A stretch of 51,986 nt of DNA from Porphyridium purpureum (taxonomy: Eukaryota), in NCBI GenBank assembly GCA_008690995.1, contig VRMN01000019.1:186001-237986 (forward strand), given 5' to 3'. The notes below the pieces were generated by a model that was not told where the DNA came from, searched no databases, and worked only from the letters and a program-made list of their open reading frames with translations. The position numbers were made by a program, and so were the translations under genes. Shown in pieces: positions 18,238-29,831 of the stretch. The first letter of the stretch is position 1; each line of letters opens with the position of its first letter.

Positions 18238-21200
18238 TTATTTGAGCGTGACAATGGTGCATCCGGTGCCTCCTTGCACTTGGTCAGCGTATTCAAAGGT
18301 GTTGACGACAGAACTCTGCATCCGTTTCAGGTACTGGTGGATGCCTGCTCGCAGCTTGCCTGTGCCGTGGCCATGGATAATGTACAAGGAGCCCATTTGC
18401 ATCGCGCGGCCAAGGCACGCGTCGATTTCGCCAACGGCTTCGTCCACGGTCTGGCCTCGCACATCCACCGTGTTCGCGCTGGTTTGCATCATCACGGGGG
18501 ATGAGGATGTGGTTGCGCTGGAGCTTCGCGTCGAGGACGCGTTGGTGCGTCCTTTCTGCTCGCGCCGCTCGCGTTTCAGTCGTCGCGTCGCTGTCGCTGC
18601 GCGCTCCTTGAGCACGCAGTCCTTGGCCTTCACTTTGGTACGCATCGACCCGCCGACAAGCACCATCAGCTCACCCTTTTGGTTCACGTCTTCCACGACT
18701 TCCACCGCGTTGCTCGTTTCGCCAAGTCGTGGGATCAGAACAAAGTCGCCCTTTCGCGGCGCCCGGTCTGTTGTGCCAGCGCCGTCGTCCATCTCTTCCG
18801 TATCCGATGATGAGCTATATTCCAGGATAATTTCTCGGTTCATCTTATCTAATTGCTGCCTTGCCGCGCCAGCCATGCGCGAATTTGACTCATCCTGCAC
18901 GCGCTTCATGATCTCAGACACTTCGCGCTTCGCCTTGGCCACTTCACGCTCGATCACCGCAGCCTTTTCGGCTCTAAACTGAATTTCTTGCAGTTGCACC
19001 TGCTGCTTGATCGTTTCTGCTTCTTGCTTCAGCACTTCTAATTCCTCCGCCAGTGTGCGCATCCGCGTCACTTCGAGCTCCTGGTCGATTTGCTGCCGCT
19101 CCAGCGCCTTGATGACATCATTCACGTCCACGCTCCCAGCCCCGCCTTGGAGAATGGACTTGGCGCGGTCTGTAATGGCATCCGGCAGGCCCAGTCGCGA
19201 GGCAATCGCAAGCGCGTTCGAGCGCCCCGGGATACCCCAAACGAGCCGATATGTGGGCCGCATCGCCTCGTCATCAAATTCGGCCGACGCATTCTCAAAC
19301 GCACCTGTCGGATCATTGTACTTGAGTGTCTTGAGCTCACCGTGGTGCGTGGTGGCCATAGTCAGTCGCACACGCACGTTGGAAACCAGATGCTGCAGAA
19401 TGGCAATACCCAGCGCAGAGCCTTCGGTTGGGTCGGTGCCACTGCCCACTTCGTCCAGCAGAACTAGACTTTGCGGCGTAGCACGCTTGAGCACGCGCTT
19501 CATGCGCTGCACGTGCCCCGAAAATGTGCTCAGCGATTGCACAATGCTTTGGTCGTCGCCTATGTCCGCGAGAACACAGTCAAAAAAGGGAAGCGTCGGT
19601 CGCAGCTCTGAAAGCTCGACACTAGAGCGTGTAGAAGAGGCGGTTGTTGTGCCGCTGGCGTCGGCATCTGCCAGAACAAACAGCCCAGACTTTGACATGA
19701 GCACGGCCGCGCCCAAGTTCTTGAGCGCGACGGTTTTTCCTCCGGTGTTAGGGCCCGTGATCACCGCGCAGCGCACCGTATCGCTCAATCGATAACTTGC
19801 TGGCACCACACTCTGCTTGGCTACTTTCATGGCTTCAGATTTCGAGGAGCGGTTGGCACTGCCGACTCCTGGTGTGGCCATCTTGGCCGCCTCCACAGCT
19901 TGCCATAATAAAATAGGATGGCGCAAGTTTCGAAGATCGACAGAGTACACCGGCGCATCAGCTCCCTGCGCAACGGCGGCGTCAACGCCCGTCGGTGCGG
20001 AGGAGAATATCGGTTCAACGCCGCCCATGTACGCGCTGTATCTTGCCCGCGCGGCAGCCACGTCAATGCGAAACAAGGCGGCGTCAATAGCGCGCAAGTC
20101 TGCTGCAATGTCAGCCTCACCGAGCTTGGCCGACAACTCGATGAGCACCTGCTCGACCAGCTCGCGCTCCTTGCGCGCCAGCACTTTCAGACGCGTGTTC
20201 AGCGGTTCAATCTCGCGCGGCTCGATAAAAAGCGTTGCGCCGGAGCTTGAGGCATCATGCACCGTGCCCCTGATGGCCGATTTCGACCCGGCTTTGACAG
20301 GAATCACAAAGCGGTCGTAGCGCTGCGTAATGATGCGGTCCTGCAGGCATTCTGATTTCTTAAATATAATTTCATCCAGCGCCGACTTGATTGATGCCGA
20401 GACCGAGTTTTGCTGCCTTCGTACTTCATGCAGCTTTACGCTCGCGCTGTCGCGCACCGTGCCATAGTCGTCAATGGACTTGTAAATGAGTGTCTCCTTT
20501 TCAGCGTGACAATCTAGCTCGTTCAAAATCGAGTACAAAAGCGGGAGTGCACCCGCTGGGTCTGCAGAAGCGCCGTGTGCTTCATTTGTCGCTTTTCCTG
20601 CAGAAAAGGCAGACGCTGTCCGCGAAGAAATACCGGCCAGTCGATCCGCAATTTGCGCGGACGATTCCGGCTCGGCGCCCTCGTCGTCATCTAGCACCCC
20701 TTCGTGAATATCCAAAATGACGCGGCGCAGCTTTCTCGCGATGCCGAGTGTCTGGGCGATGGCGACCAGCTCCGTTCCCTCTAGCATTCCGCCCTTCTTG
20801 GCTCGATCGATGAGCATCCCAAACTGCTCCGCACACCCTTTCAAACTACTCACAGACTTGCCCCATTTCCCTTCGAGCTCCATCAGGTCGTGTGTCTCGC
20901 GCATCAGCAGCTCTGCGTTCTGCTGCGTGTCACTCATGGGCAGGCCTGCTCGAATGTAGCGCTTGGCCGCGTCTGTGTTCGCAAACCGCGCCACATGCGA
21001 GCATATTAAGCTCCACTCCAGCAGTCCCAACGTCTCTTCCTCGTGGTCTCTTTCACTCGCGGCAGCCGCTACCTCGGCCGCCGTTCCAGCGCGCTTCTCA
21101 GCCTCGCTCGCTGCCTTTTCCCGCATCGCGCGCAAGTACTGCTCACCGAGCACCGACGCGGCACTAAACTCGCTCTGCGCACGACACACGAGCCGTGCCG

Positions 21201-21342
21201 CCCTCGCGCTCTTCACACACTCACCGCGCCTCCGCAGACACGCCGCGCCTCGACCGACCGCGAGCTCAGCCGCGCTGTGTCTCGCATGACCGGCCACAGC
21301 CGCCACAGCGCCGCCGCTCCATACAAACGCGGGCTGGTCCAT
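18238..21342 (-). CDS. mutS2: MutS2 endonuclease (MutS ATPase + Smr), probably plastid-targeted
   Basis: LGLLEW, TQRYDRFVIPVK..GTVHDASSSGATLFIEP, P-loop GPNTGGKT, QSLSTFSGH, LLDEVGSGTDP, Smr VDVRGQTVDEA..IIHGHGTGKLR. N-terminal 'AFV' motif and A/R/S-rich presequence. Confidence 0.94.
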   Translation of the reverse strand: MDQPAFVWSGGAVAAVAGHARHSAAELAVGRGAACLRRRGECVKSARAARLVCRAQSEFSAASVLGEQYLRAMREKAASEAEKRAGTAAEVAAAASERDHEEETLGLLEWSLICSHVARFANTDAAKRYIRAGLPMSDTQQNAELLMRETHDLMELEGKWGKSVSSLKGCAEQFGMLIDRAKKGGMLEGTELVAIAQTLGIARKLRRVILDIHEGVLDDDEGAEPESSAQIADRLAGISSRTASAFSAGKATNEAHGASADPAGALPLLYSILNELDCHAEKETLIYKSIDDYGTVRDSASVKLHEVRRQQNSVSASIKSALDEIIFKKSECLQDRIITQRYDRFVIPVKAGSKSAIRGTVHDASSSGATLFIEPREIEPLNTRLKVLARKERELVEQVLIELSAKLGEADIAADLRAIDAALFRIDVAAARARYSAYMGGVEPIFSSAPTGVDAAVAQGADAPVYSVDLRNLRHPILLWQAVEAAKMATPGVGSANRSSKSEAMKVAKQSVVPASYRLSDTVRCAVITGPNTGGKTVALKNLGAAVLMSKSGLFVLADADASGTTTASSTRSSVELSELRPTLPFFDCVLADIGDDQSIVQSLSTFSGHVQRMKRVLKRATPQSLVLLDEVGSGTDPTEGSALGIAILQHLVSNVRVRLTMATTHHGELKTLKYNDPTGAFENASAEFDDEAMRPTYRLVWGIPGRSNALAIASRLGLPDAITDRAKSILQGGAGSVDVNDVIKALERQQIDQELEVTRMRTLAEELEVLKQEAETIKQQVQLQEIQFRAEKAAVIEREVAKAKREVSEIMKRVQDESNSRMAGAARQQLDKMNREIILEYSSSSDTEEMDDGAGTTDRAPRKGDFVLIPRLGETSNAVEVVEDVNQKGELMVLVGGSMRTKVKAKDCVLKERAATATRRLKRERREQKGRTNASSTRSSSATTSSSPVMMQTSANTVDVRGQTVDEAVGEIDACLGRAMQMGSLYIIHGHGTGKLRAGIHQYLKRMQSSVVNTFEYADQVQGGTGCTIVTLK

Positions 21343-21528
21343 TCTACCACTATGTGCACATACCCGTGCTTGTGCGCGCGCCGAGAACTCTCCGCACCGC
21401 TCTGTCCACCCGCCCTATACCCGCTTTCTCTCTCTCAACAATCCAGTCTCTCTCTCTCTCTCTCTCCCTCCACACGTTCCACCGCGCCTCAAGCAGCGCG
21501 CCCGCGCGCTGCGCTTCCTCAAAATAAT

Positions 21529-21698
21529 TAGGGTTACCCGGGAATACCCGGCAATACCCGGCAATTTACCCGACAAAACCTGGCAATACCCGGTGATACC
21601 CGGTGATACCCGGTGATACCCGGTGATACCCGGTAATACCTGGCGATACCCGGTAATACCCGGTGATACCCGGCGATACCCGGTCGCTTACCCGGTGA
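21529..21698. repeat. Tandem 10-mer array (TACCCGGYRA), about 15 units, upstream of mutS2
   Basis: tacccggcaa/tacccggtga/tacccggtaa units; the array begins TAGGGTTACCCGGG. Confidence 0.9.
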
Positions 21699-23235
21699 TT
21701 GGGTTGTCGGGTATGGGGCGAGGTGTCGTGGGTGTCTAGCTGGGAGCGCAGTGCTGCTGATAGACCTGCATCATGGGTGGGCAGCTGCACGTTGCAGTGC
21801 GTTCAAGGGTCTAGCCGGTCGTCTCGCGTGAGAGCTCCAGTGCAATGCCGCATAAATCTTCTTTTCTAGGAGTCTTCCTTTTGCCCGAACGTTGTCTTGG
21901 ACCAAATCAGTATGCTCAAACTTCAGCCATTTATTCTGTGCCTATGCTAGACAGATTGTCGGAAGGCCTTCCATCACTCGTGCTGTCAGCAAATGTCCCA
22001 CTCCCTGGGTTTCGGCGCAGTTGCGGTCCTGGGCATTCAAATAATGTTTTGCTGGCTGACATTCTCATGGTTCATATGTTTACAGCTTTGCGGCTCCGTA
22101 GCCCACATTCATCTTCGAAACATTATCTTCCTCTCCCGTCGTACACCGCAAAGAGCTTTGCAGTGATGGTCCCGTTGTTGCGCGACGAGAATGCTTCTTC
22201 TCGTCATTACATCATCCAACTCACGAACGTGGAGAGAGGAAAACAAAACAGTCTACGCGGTAAACTGATTCTTCTGTCGCTTTACCGTTCTCGCGCATTC
22301 AGCTGACTGTGAACTGTTTCACAGCGTGCTCTCTCGTGGCCTGCTGCCCGACTGCCTGGACCGACGCTGACGAAAGTTGAAAGACATTTCTCCTTTGCTT
22401 CTCGGAGGAGGATATGCTGCAATTTCGGCAAACGTTGAACGCGGTTATTTAGAGATACTGAGACTTTCATCTTCAACTTTGTTGCCTTTCTTGTCTTTGC
22501 TTGACGCGAGGAACTATCCGTAAAGCGCGGCGTGCCGTCTTTTCGCAATGAGCAGGCGAAACAAGAATTGAAGGTGTGCGCAATGAAAGTATCGGACATT
22601 GACAAAGAATCGACTTGAATGCTCCTGTTATGATGTGCTGTTTTTTCTCTCAGGGGCAGAACAGATGAAAGAGCTTTTTCTAATCCGTTTGGCACATCAG
22701 GTGGACCAAATCCAATTTGTAACGACATATGAGTACAAGCTCTCTTCACACACGTGATTCTGCCCGAGTCATCGTTCTCACGACCTCTGAACTAGCTTCA
22801 CTATTTCAACTCTATGTGGTCAGCTCAAGTAAGTTCCTTCAAAAGAGCAAAAGGCTCGTTGACCTCGCAACCTGTCCACAGTTGCGCAGCAGGCACTTTC
22901 CATACCACACAAGTCCAAACACAATCGCTCCTTGCCGACGTTGTCGGTCACGTCACAAGAGCTTCTGTCGACGATTGCCTTGCCTACAGTTTTCGACGAT
23001 GCCTGCCTTCGCAGCTCGGTAGCGAACTGCTCACCTGTCGCCCCCACTTGCCTCCGCCGTAGAACGTCCGTGTCCAAGAATCCTTGACGCACGCCGAACT
23101 CGCTGCGACGACAAACGTCGAAGAGGACAAGCGCAAGAGCAACCGAGCCAGAGAGAGAGAGAGGGACGTTGGATGAAGGAAGGAGTGAGCGGAAGGCTGC
23201 AGTGGTGCGTGCACGTGTGCACGTTGATGTGATCA

Positions 23236-25029
23236 ATGTGCGTGGGACGTGTGTTAGGGAGTTGGGGTTGCGTTCGAAGGGGGATCGGCGTGGGATCGCA
23301 ATGGCGGGGGAGAAGAAGGTTTGTGTCCTCGTCGACACGGATGTTGTCATCGTCGTCGGTTGAACGAGAAGGAGAAGGCCAGGAGAGGACTCAGATCGTG
23401 TCTACGCGTCCGTGGAAAATGCGTGCGGTGATTTCTGCTGTGGGCGTGTTGGGTGTGGGTGTCGGGTTGCTCGCGGTTCGGATGAAGAATGACGACGCGT
23501 TTCGGTCAGATGTTGAAAACTGGGCGGAGACTTACTTACCTGCTCGTGCGAAGGATATGGTTTTCAACAAACTGTTGGAATTGAAAGATGCGATGATCGC
23601 GCCAGGAGGGGAGCGTCGGGATCATGGTCAGACGCAGGAGGTCCAGGAGAACGCGTCTAAAACGGAAGGTGACGAACAGCACAAACAAGAAGACACGGTC
23701 TCTGGGCAGATGGAAGCAGCGTCAAAGGCAGCTCTGGATCATTTACTGAGTCTAGCGCGGCAAGAATTGGACCACGCGTCCATTTTTAAAGAAAAGCTTG
23801 CCGCCATGGTGTCCACGATAGAGTCGTCGCGCACGGACACCGGGGCAGCAGCTCCTGAATCGCAGGATGATCAGGACCAACTCGACGCGTTCGTGGCCGA
23901 TTTTCTGAGCGCGCCGATGGCTTCCTTGACATCATCAAATTCAGAGCTGGCCCGAGTGCAGCGGGACATGGTGGCGGCGCACGAAGCGCTAGCCGAAAAA
24001 GAAAAGCGCGCACGGGAATTGCGCGCTCAGGTGAGCTCAATGCACGCCGAGATTAAGAGCGCCAAGCAACGTGCGCATGAGCGTGATATGGCAAGAGAGC
24101 GCGAGTATGTCGCGGTGATGGCAAACACAATCGAGGATGTGACCGACACGACCGATCGATACGCCGTCATCCTCGAGAAGGAACTGCACGACCGCATTGA
24201 CGCGATCGCGGCCGAGCACGAGCGAGGACTACTCTTGCAAAAGGACAGCGTTTTGAGAGAACTTTCGCACGCGCGCGCCGAGCATGATCGGAAAGAGATC
24301 GAGCGTGCCGTGGCGGAGAGACAAGCCGAGTATGCGCGCACTCGTGCCGCTCGGCAAGAACAGTTTGAGCTTGACATGCAGACGTTGGAGCACGAGCTGG
24401 AGCAGCGTGGCGCGGTTGTCAAGGACGGATACGCTGTGCGTCAGCAACTGGCGTTGGCGAATCGTATGGAGGCGCTTGCGCAAAGGTTGGCTGCGCAAGC
24501 CGAGGCCGGCGGTGAAATTGGTGCCTTGTTGGCTCAACTGGAGTCTTGTTTACGCATGGCGGAACGTTCTGACGTGCTCGCGCTAGACACATCCAACATG
24601 GTCGCTGCGCTGCATGAGCTTCAAAGAGAGACACGTATCCACTCCTGGGAGCAGCTGACCACCGCGTTTCAATCGGTGTGCATTGAGGTGCGCAAAGTCG
24701 CCCTGGTTCCGCCTGTGCCTGGTGCGAACGGAGTATGGACATACGCGCTGGCATGGGTGGTTTACAAACTGAAAGCGCCACTCGCTCCCGAGGTCGTTGT
24801 CCCGAAATCCGACGCGCAAGTATCACCAGACGCTGTGCTGTTGCGTGCGCAGTACTACATGAAGCACGGCCAGCTTGGCGCTTGCATTTCAGAGCTCGAG
24901 ACACTTGACCCGCGCTCCGCCGCGCGCGTACTGTGCAGTGAGTGGATCGATCATGCCAAACAGCGCCTGCGCGCATCGCTTGCAGCCGAGGTGCTTGTCG
25001 CTGAAGCCGCACTTCTCCAACAGATCTAG
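23236..25029 (+). CDS. MIC60: MICOS subunit MIC60/mitofilin
   Basis: Arg-rich mitochondrial presequence, single TM (AVISAVGVLGVGVGLLAV), long coiled coil, C-terminal mitofilin-like DAVLLRAQYYMKHGQLGACISELETL..SEWIDHAKQRL. Confidence 0.8.
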   Translation: MCVGRVLGSWGCVRRGIGVGSQWRGRRRFVSSSTRMLSSSSVEREGEGQERTQIVSTRPWKMRAVISAVGVLGVGVGLLAVRMKNDDAFRSDVENWAETYLPARAKDMVFNKLLELKDAMIAPGGERRDHGQTQEVQENASKTEGDEQHKQEDTVSGQMEAASKAALDHLLSLARQELDHASIFKEKLAAMVSTIESSRTDTGAAAPESQDDQDQLDAFVADFLSAPMASLTSSNSELARVQRDMVAAHEALAEKEKRARELRAQVSSMHAEIKSAKQRAHERDMAREREYVAVMANTIEDVTDTTDRYAVILEKELHDRIDAIAAEHERGLLLQKDSVLRELSHARAEHDRKEIERAVAERQAEYARTRAARQEQFELDMQTLEHELEQRGAVVKDGYAVRQQLALANRMEALAQRLAAQAEAGGEIGALLAQLESCLRMAERSDVLALDTSNMVAALHELQRETRIHSWEQLTTAFQSVCIEVRKVALVPPVPGANGVWTYALAWVVYKLKAPLAPEVVVPKSDAQVSPDAVLLRAQYYMKHGQLGACISELETLDPRSAARVLCSEWIDHAKQRLRASLAAEVLVAEAALLQQI

Positions 25030-25359
25030 TTTGATTGTCCACGGCCTTTGCAAGATGCGGAAAGCACTGATAGGCACAGCAAGCATGTATGGCGCTGAGT
25101 CGGCGTACCTCGCATTCGACCTGTCCTTGGATTCGCACCGGTCCTCCGTAAGCCTTGTCGGAAGGTGCCTGAGCATAGCCACACTGGCGCGCACACGCCG
25201 TGCGTTTGCAGCGACACTCTCAAGCAGTTGGTTTGCTTCATTGCTGTAACAACAAAGCAGGAACGCAGGAAAGCGACTGTATAAACAAAAGCAACGGCCA
25301 ACTTGGACCGGCTCAACTTTATGGCATGCCGCTTGACCTAGCGCGTAGCCCAGTGCTTA

Positions 25360-27762
25360 TCAAAAAGGGTCAGAGCCGCGATTGGACTTGCGCTTGCGGC
25401 CGGGTTTGTTCTTCTTGCGATTGACGGTATGACTGCCTGTGTACGTGGATACGCCCTCCATGACCTCGAATGGCATGAGCGGCTCGCGCGTAAAGATGCC
25501 TACACCCTTTGGTGTTGCGACGCGGAACCGCGCGGGATCGCATCCGGTAAGGCTTATCCAGCCAAGCCCGGAAAACACCACATCGAGGAAGGCCGTTTTC
25601 CACGACCCGCCGCCTTCGACGGTGACCACTTTGGAGTCCCACTCGCCCAGCTCCTCGAGCCGCTCCGCGCTGTACGGTGGGAACAGCAGGCCGCCGACGT
25701 GGCGCCGCGTGAAGTCGTCCGCGCCTTCAGTGGGGCCCAGATGTATTTTCACGAGGCTCGAGAAAAAGGCCGTAATATAGTATGGGCGCCCTTCGAGGTT
25801 GTCCATGCGAGCCAGAGCGCCAACATACATGCTCTTGCCAGGCGGCACGCGCAGCGTCGTCACGCTCATTTTTTTCTGAGGCACCACTGCCGCGAGCTCT
25901 TCCATGGTCAGCATATTGGTGAGCTGATGCTTCACAATGATCCCCGGGGTATCAAACAGACTGCCATATGCCGCCTTGAGCTCAATTTTGACGCGTCCCA
26001 AAGTGGTCCCGGGCAGGAATGACGTCGTGAGCTGCTGCGGGCGTTTCTGCTTCTGCTCCTTGCTGAGTTCGGGCTGATTGGCCTGCTTACTGTTCTTATA
26101 TGTCTTGAGTAGCATGTTGATAAACGACGATTTACCCACATTTGCCGCGCCGACAACATACACGTCCCCGCGATAACGCTGAGACAGCTTGAGCGCGTCA
26201 CTGATCAACGGCCGGACACCGAGTCCGCTGCGGCACGAAATTAAATGGATACTTTCGACACGGTGCAAGCCTAGGTCTTTGCATTCCTCGCGCACCCAGC
26301 GCGCCACACGTGCTGGTACAAACTTGGGCGGCAGCAAGTCAATCTTGTTCACTGCAAGCACAACAGGCGTGTTATTCCCGATCATCTGCGCCAAATCTGT
26401 CAGAAAGGTGCCGTGAAAGTCAAACACATCCACCAAATAAACCACAACGCAGCGCAATTTCTGCAACTCGCGCAACGTCTTGCGGAACGATTCCGGTGTC
26501 AGGGTCGCCGGTCGAAGCTCGCGCGTAGTGTCCACGTGTGCCTCTTGCGAAGAGTCAATCGACGAGTCAACCAACTTGGATGACGCGCTCTCCTTGATAC
26601 TCTGCTCGTGCCGCAGCAGAGCGCGACGTGTTGATGGGTACGTCACGCGCAGGTCTACATCGACGGCGCGCCGATTTTTTAACGTGTGACACCTCTGACA
26701 CACAATCTGAGTCGGATCGCGAGGCTCGCGTATGCGCTTGGGAGGAAGCGGGTCGAGCAGGTCCGCCTTGTCGACAATCACGTTCTCGATATCAAAATCG
26801 GGCTCTTCCCACACTTTCTTCTTGGTTGATGTACCTGCCGAGTCCGTGTCGGTCGCATTCTGCGCTTCGCCACCGAGGATAGGTTTTTCCATGAGCTCAC
26901 TTGTCTGCGAGCCGCGCGACGCCTCTTCCAAAATCCGCTCGAGAATGAAACCCGGCAGGGTGGCATCCTTGGTCTGAAACTCGGACCCGCAGCCAGGGCA
27001 GTGCGTGATACTGCGCGAAATTCCAATGCTCAGCGGCTCCAACAGACTCTCCAGCACACGCATCATTTTGCCTTCGGCGTCGTACCTTGTTGGTTTCGGT
27101 TCTGGCTTTCTCTGTTTTTCAACCAACTGATCGCCATCCGCGTCGTCCTCGTCGTCGTCAAGCTCGTCGTCCGTGTCCCACATGGACTCTACCAAGTCAT
27201 TGAATTGCGCCAAAATCGCGTCGGTCTTTGCTGAGTCTGCTGGACGCGGATCTTCAGTTGCATCAGGGCTTGTTTGCTCCTCTCCTGCTCCAGACGCCAT
27301 CGCCTCCCCATCTATTCTTTCCGCATCCGACTCGTTGCGTCCGCTGTCCGTACCACCCGCGCTCTCTCCATCCGCCAGCGAACCCATACATCTCGACCAC
27401 GCGCTTCCCGCAGATCCACGCCACGACACATTTCCCTTGCCTCTCTTCGCTTTCGCGCGGCCACCGAGCGAGCCGGCGTCCATCTCCACAAACACAGCGA
27501 ACCGCCTGCCACGCGCATTTTGCCGCAGCAACGGACCCAGCACGCCACGCTGCACACTGCGACGCCCATGCAACCCCACCATGACGTGCTTCTCGGCCAG
27601 CCGATACACCCCTGCCGAGCCACCAGCTCCCAACCCACACACGCAGCGCGAGCAGCTACTGACCATGCTCCTGCCGGGCGCTCTCGCCATGCCCACACGC
27701 ACGCATACCATAAACCCGGCGCGGCGCGCGGCCACCATGCTTCCGGGCACACACGGCGGCAT
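25360..27762 (-). CDS. yqeH: Circularly permuted GTPase, YqeH/NOA1/BPG2 family, with organellar presequence
   Basis: Zn motifs CPGCG and CQRC, VDVFDFHGT, G4 NKID, G1 GAANVGKS, G2 PGTT, G3 DTPG in permuted order, C-terminal DVVFSGLGWI. Start is 27762 or 27738. Confidence 0.9.
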   Translation of the reverse strand: MPPCVPGSMVAARRAGFMVCVRVGMARAPGRSMVSSCSRCVCGLGAGGSAGVYRLAEKHVMVGLHGRRSVQRGVLGPLLRQNARGRRFAVFVEMDAGSLGGRAKAKRGKGNVSWRGSAGSAWSRCMGSLADGESAGGTDSGRNESDAERIDGEAMASGAGEEQTSPDATEDPRPADSAKTDAILAQFNDLVESMWDTDDELDDDEDDADGDQLVEKQRKPEPKPTRYDAEGKMMRVLESLLEPLSIGISRSITHCPGCGSEFQTKDATLPGFILERILEEASRGSQTSELMEKPILGGEAQNATDTDSAGTSTKKKVWEEPDFDIENVIVDKADLLDPLPPKRIREPRDPTQIVCQRCHTLKNRRAVDVDLRVTYPSTRRALLRHEQSIKESASSKLVDSSIDSSQEAHVDTTRELRPATLTPESFRKTLRELQKLRCVVVYLVDVFDFHGTFLTDLAQMIGNNTPVVLAVNKIDLLPPKFVPARVARWVREECKDLGLHRVESIHLISCRSGLGVRPLISDALKLSQRYRGDVYVVGAANVGKSSFINMLLKTYKNSKQANQPELSKEQKQKRPQQLTTSFLPGTTLGRVKIELKAAYGSLFDTPGIIVKHQLTNMLTMEELAAVVPQKKMSVTTLRVPPGKSMYVGALARMDNLEGRPYYITAFFSSLVKIHLGPTEGADDFTRRHVGGLLFPPYSAERLEELGEWDSKVVTVEGGGSWKTAFLDVVFSGLGWISLTGCDPARFRVATPKGVGIFTREPLMPFEVMEGVSTYTGSHTVNRKKNKPGRKRKSNRGSDPF

Positions 27763-27890
27763 CGCCACGCGCCGTACAACCCACTGTCGCGCACCCCAAC
27801 CCCACCCAAACGCCTCCACACGCCGCGCACTTCGCTCTCCTCGCCCGGCCGCCGCCGCGCCGCCTCGCACGCGGCCACGCGCCAATTCAG

Positions 27891-27940
27891 CTGTACCCCA
27901 TCGCTGCCTGCACTGTACCCCATCGCTGCCTGCACTGTAC
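27891..27940. repeat. 22-bp tandem duplication (CTGTACCCCATCGCTGCCTGCA x2.3) upstream of yqeH
   Basis: Read directly from the sequence. Confidence 0.85.
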
Positions 27941-28479
27941 TCACGATGGTTCAGTGGTGTACAGTTCAGTGTACTTCTTGCACGCAATGGCGCTCGGGTG
28001 GACAACAGCGCGCGCGCACGGACACCGGAGCGATCCAATGATTAGGCCGGTGGTTGTCCGTGAGGATGGATGTGCGCGACGCGCCATTGATGTCTTGCTC
28101 TTTAGCCCACTCTTTTCTGAAGAGAGCTTATCAATCTCATGCTTGTTGTTGCGTCCAACTGTTGAAATGCAAACGAGAATGTGTTCAACCTCGGCAAGTT
28201 CGGACAAGGTAAACCTACTCCTCGAGACGCTGGCCGGCACGGAAGGTGCGGCCAGAACAAGTAGGGAACAGCCAATGTTTAGAAAGATAGTGAACAATGC
28301 ATATTCAATTTCGACTTTTCGATGGGAAAAACATCTGGGCGTGCCGGCGTGCAAGAGATTTGTTGCACAAAGCGCACAGGGGACAGTGCGGAGATGCCTT
28401 AGATCTCGTAAGTCGGCGATGCAAATGAAGTGGAGAGAAGCGCATCAAAAGCAGCCTATGAAATGCTGCATTTGGACAT

Positions 28480-29420
28480 CATGGGACAAAATATTGGCAT
28501 CTCGGATGAGGAGGGAATCGGTCAGGGCCTTTGGGAGCTGGACAAAGCGTGGGAGTTGTTTCGACCTAATTTGAGTGCTCTGAGCATTTAAGGTACTATG
28601 CCCATTGTCCCAACGTACACTTCCACAGCCATGCCAATGCGGACGCTTCAGAACCCAAAAAGGCATGCGAACCAAAAATTCACGACATCAATGGGTCTTG
28701 GCTTATACAAACGACACGTCAAGGTTATACTACGTTGCTTATTCGCGACGCGGAACCAGGTCCAAATCTAACTATACTTAAGAAAGCAATGAGTTTGATC
28801 CATACATGCGGGAATATTCCGACTCACCTGTCGCTGAGAATCACCCACGATCTCAACAGGCTGGCCTGGGCCGGATGCCATGGGCTCAAGCAAACAAAGC
28901 GGACTATGGCTGAGATCACCGACGAAGAAACATTTAGCCTAGATGGGTCAGATGGCTTCGAGAAGGGTCGACCTAAGTGCGCGCGGGATGCTCCAGCCTT
29001 TGGTTGCAACAATTTGGCAGCAAGGTATGCATAGTTTAGACCGTCCTTTCTGCGTCAGGAAAAGTGACTCTCGTTTTTTGGAGGGGACCTGTGCGGCTAC
29101 CAATTATGTTTCCAAGCTTCGGGGATGACAGTGTTTTGAACCGCTGTCTTCTAATGATTGGCCCGACAATGATGTTTGAGCAGGATAAAGCACCAGTCCA
29201 CAATGATCGCCTGCTGGATAGCTTCAAGAATGGACGGAATACAGAGCTTTTAGACTTGCCAGCGTACTCGCGGTACTTTAATTGTATTGCACACTTGCGA
29301 GAGATACTATCGCGCACCCTGTACGAAGGTCCGAGGCAGCGTCAGACGATGCTGGAGCTCAAAATCACGATCACTCTGGCTTGAGAGAGTTTAGATCAGC
29401 CTGTACCAGCCTCTTTGCAG
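28480..29420 (+). mobile_element. Decayed Tc1/mariner (Tc3-like) transposase
   Basis: NRLAWA; ITDEETFSLDGSDG (cf. Tc3 FSDEKKFNLDGPDG); FEQDKAPVH; LPAYSRYFNCIAHLREILSRTLY..RQ..T..ELK (cf. WPARSPDLNPIENLW). Broken by stops and frameshifts; no TIRs found. Confidence 0.8.
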
Positions 29421-29831
29421 CATCTCCCGCCGAAACATAGATTCGAGTGTGCGAATCTTTAGGGCGCATGCGTGCAAAGATTTCGCGCCCGAATCCGCTT
29501 TTCCGAGGGTGAGGAATGGCCCAGCACGTGCTGTGTCTGTATCGGCATCCGCTTTGGCCAGCCGAACATCCGCTTCTCACCGGCCGGCCGTCGATCCTTT
29601 TCATAGTAAAATAAGTGGTGTTTACCAGTAAAACACAAAAACCGGTGCGGTGAGGATTCCGTTTCAGGCGCAGCGCAGGACGTTTCCTACGAAACAGCTC
29701 AGATCGGCTGGACGCCTATGTTCGTGAAGACGGGGTCGAAAGTCGGAGTGAGGTTGTGTGTGGCGCGCGTGTGCAGGTAGTGAGAAGCGTGCGGTGTGGA
29801 CAGTCGGTGGAAGGAGGGGCCACGAGCTGCA

